From the IMG/VR virus record IMGVR_UViG_3300017917_001112, positions 64,001-128,000 of that record: 64,000 bases of DNA. The stretch is one strand, 5' to 3'. A program made the position numbers and the translations under genes. The stretch comes from a virus. The notes under the pieces are model-generated. The model was not told the origin of the DNA, did no database searches, and was given only the letters and a program-made list of their open reading frames with translations. Below, piece by piece: positions 62,498 through 64,000 of this stretch. Each line of letters opens with the position of its first letter. Position 1 is the stretch's first letter.

Positions 62498-64000
62498 ATG
62501 AAAGCATATACCCAATTTCTGAAGGAATTGCCTTCTAAAAAAGTAGTTTTTGCGTTTGGTCGCTTCCAGCCACCAACGACAGGACACGAGTTGCTTGTAA
62601 AGGCAGTAGAAAAACTAGCCAAAGAACAAAACGCAGCCCATGTTATATATGCTTCTCACACACAAGATAAATCCAAAAACCCTCTTTCTGTAGACCGCAA
62701 GGTTTACTATCTCAAGCGCATGTTCCCAGAAGCCAATTTTAAGGCTGCAGGTGGAACAACTCGAACATTCATCGAGGTTGCTAAAGAACTCAATAAAAAA
62801 TATAAGAACATAATCATGGTTGCTGGTAGCGATCGTGTTCCAGAGTACAAGAAACTTCTAGAAAAATATAACGGAACAGAATTTAATTTCGACACAATCA
62901 GTGTTGTCTCTGCTGGCGAACGTGATCCAGATGCAGACAATGCATCAGGAATGTCTGGAACTAAAATGCGTGAAGCTGCTAAGAAGGGCGACTTCAACAC
63001 ATTTAAGAAAGGTTTACCACATACTTTAACCACTGTTGACGGAAAGCGTTTAATGAATGAAATTCGTGAAGGCATGGGAATGGAAGTGGTGAAAGAGGAA
63101 GTTAAGTTTGCTAGAGATTGGCTTAGGGAATCTTATTTTCGTGGCGAAATCTATAAAATTGGACAATTCGTTGAATCAAACGGACAAAGATATGAAATCC
63201 TTGATCGTGGTAGTAACTATCTTACCGTTGTTGATGGTAATGGTAGCACATATCGTAAATGGATTACTGATGTAACATTAGTAGAAGATTATAATGTTCC
63301 ACACCAAGACAGACCACCAGAAGATTTTGAAGCAACACAAATATCTTACAAGGGATATAAAACAAAACATTTCGATCACGACCCAGATGTATTTGTTGCA
63401 TTCCATAGAACAACTCAATTACCAGATGTTGATCCAGTTGCAGTTTTAAATGCAATTAAAACAACTGATCAATATTTGGAGATCTTAAAACAAGTTATGA
63501 ATACTGATGAAGTTACAGAAGAACAACATCATGCATTTGATACTTACGTACAGAAAGCACAAGAATACTTGTTAAAGACTGGAGATTTACAACATCATGT
63601 TGATTACATAAACTCAGTGGTTCATATGTTTAATCAAGTAGAAGCACAATATCACATGGAAAAAGACGAACAGATGGAAGAGTCTATGAAAACATTCAAA
63701 GAACTAATGGAGATGAAGTTTACTTCGTCAGACAAAATTAAAGTAGCCAGAATTATTGCTGATGCCCTTGGCGTTCAGGATGTTGAAAAATCATCTAATG
63801 CTGAACAACTATTAAACAATGCATTGCGTAAAGTTAGAAACAAACCACTTCGTGCTGAGAATATTGCTATCATTAAGAATATGTTACAAACAGCAAAAGA
63901 AGCTGGTATTGGGTATGATGAGAAATTGGTTCCGCAAAAAGTTGATGAAGGATATGATGAGATTCAAACTTCTGATACGAAATTAGACAAACATGGTAGA
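62498..64000 (+). CDS. HxGH nucleotidyltransferase (cytidylyltransferase/NMNAT-like) with a long C-terminal extension; partial, not in ORF track
   Basis: MKAYTQFLKE...FAFGRFQPPTTGH, KNPL, VAGSDRV, SAGERDPD, MSGTKMR; frame open to the window end (501 codons). Confidence 0.85.
   Translation, partial: MKAYTQFLKELPSKKVVFAFGRFQPPTTGHELLVKAVEKLAKEQNAAHVIYASHTQDKSKNPLSVDRKVYYLKRMFPEANFKAAGGTTRTFIEVAKELNKKYKNIIMVAGSDRVPEYKKLLEKYNGTEFNFDTISVVSAGERDPDADNASGMSGTKMREAAKKGDFNTFKKGLPHTLTTVDGKRLMNEIREGMGMEVVKEEVKFARDWLRESYFRGEIYKIGQFVESNGQRYEILDRGSNYLTVVDGNGSTYRKWITDVTLVEDYNVPHQDRPPEDFEATQISYKGYKTKHFDHDPDVFVAFHRTTQLPDVDPVAVLNAIKTTDQYLEILKQVMNTDEVTEEQHHAFDTYVQKAQEYLLKTGDLQHHVDYINSVVHMFNQVEAQYHMEKDEQMEESMKTFKELMEMKFTSSDKIKVARIIADALGVQDVEKSSNAEQLLNNALRKVRNKPLRAENIAIIKNMLQTAKEAGIGYDEKLVPQKVDEGYDEIQTSDTKLDKHGR

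Noticed and set aside
1-64000. Stop-codon reassignment
   Set aside because: Core genes are full length in the standard code, and TAA, TGA and TAG all act as stops.

Overview
This 64-kb window is part of a lytic T4-like myovirus genome (AT-rich), with essentially all genes on the + strand. There are no photosynthesis genes, tRNAs, CRISPR arrays, introns or inteins. A proteobacterial, probably freshwater, host is my inference only. Layout: (1) 1-17.3 kb, late virion module (gp13-15, gp17-23, gp3), with gp16 absent from its usual position; (2) 17.4-23.3 kb, uvsY, uvsW, gp55, gp47, gp46; (3) about 23.4-40.5 kb, hypervariable early region of small ORFs, an AAA ATPase, a radical SAM enzyme and a vWA/MoxR pair, driven by consensus sigma70 promoters, several carrying a 23-bp palindrome TAACCCTAC-N5-GTAGGGTTA; (4) 40.6-53 kb, replication module (gp45, gp44, gp62, regA, hsp20, dexA-like, gp43, uvsX, gp41); (5) 53-56.7 kb, a TET/JBP-type dioxygenase and a GT-B glycosyltransferase; (6) 57-64 kb, nuclease-like, ligase-like and HxGH nucleotidyltransferase genes, two with T4 capsid-targeting-like N-termini. 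The best candidate new system is in (5): both enzymes end in the same L(D/E)(D/E)FFA tail as the DNA polymerase, suggesting sliding-clamp-tethered, replication-coupled base hypermodification. Other candidates include ROSE-like RNA thermometers, a pseudoknotted leader and a 4xC4 G-quadruplex/i-motif. All family calls come from motif recognition and gene order; no database searches were run.
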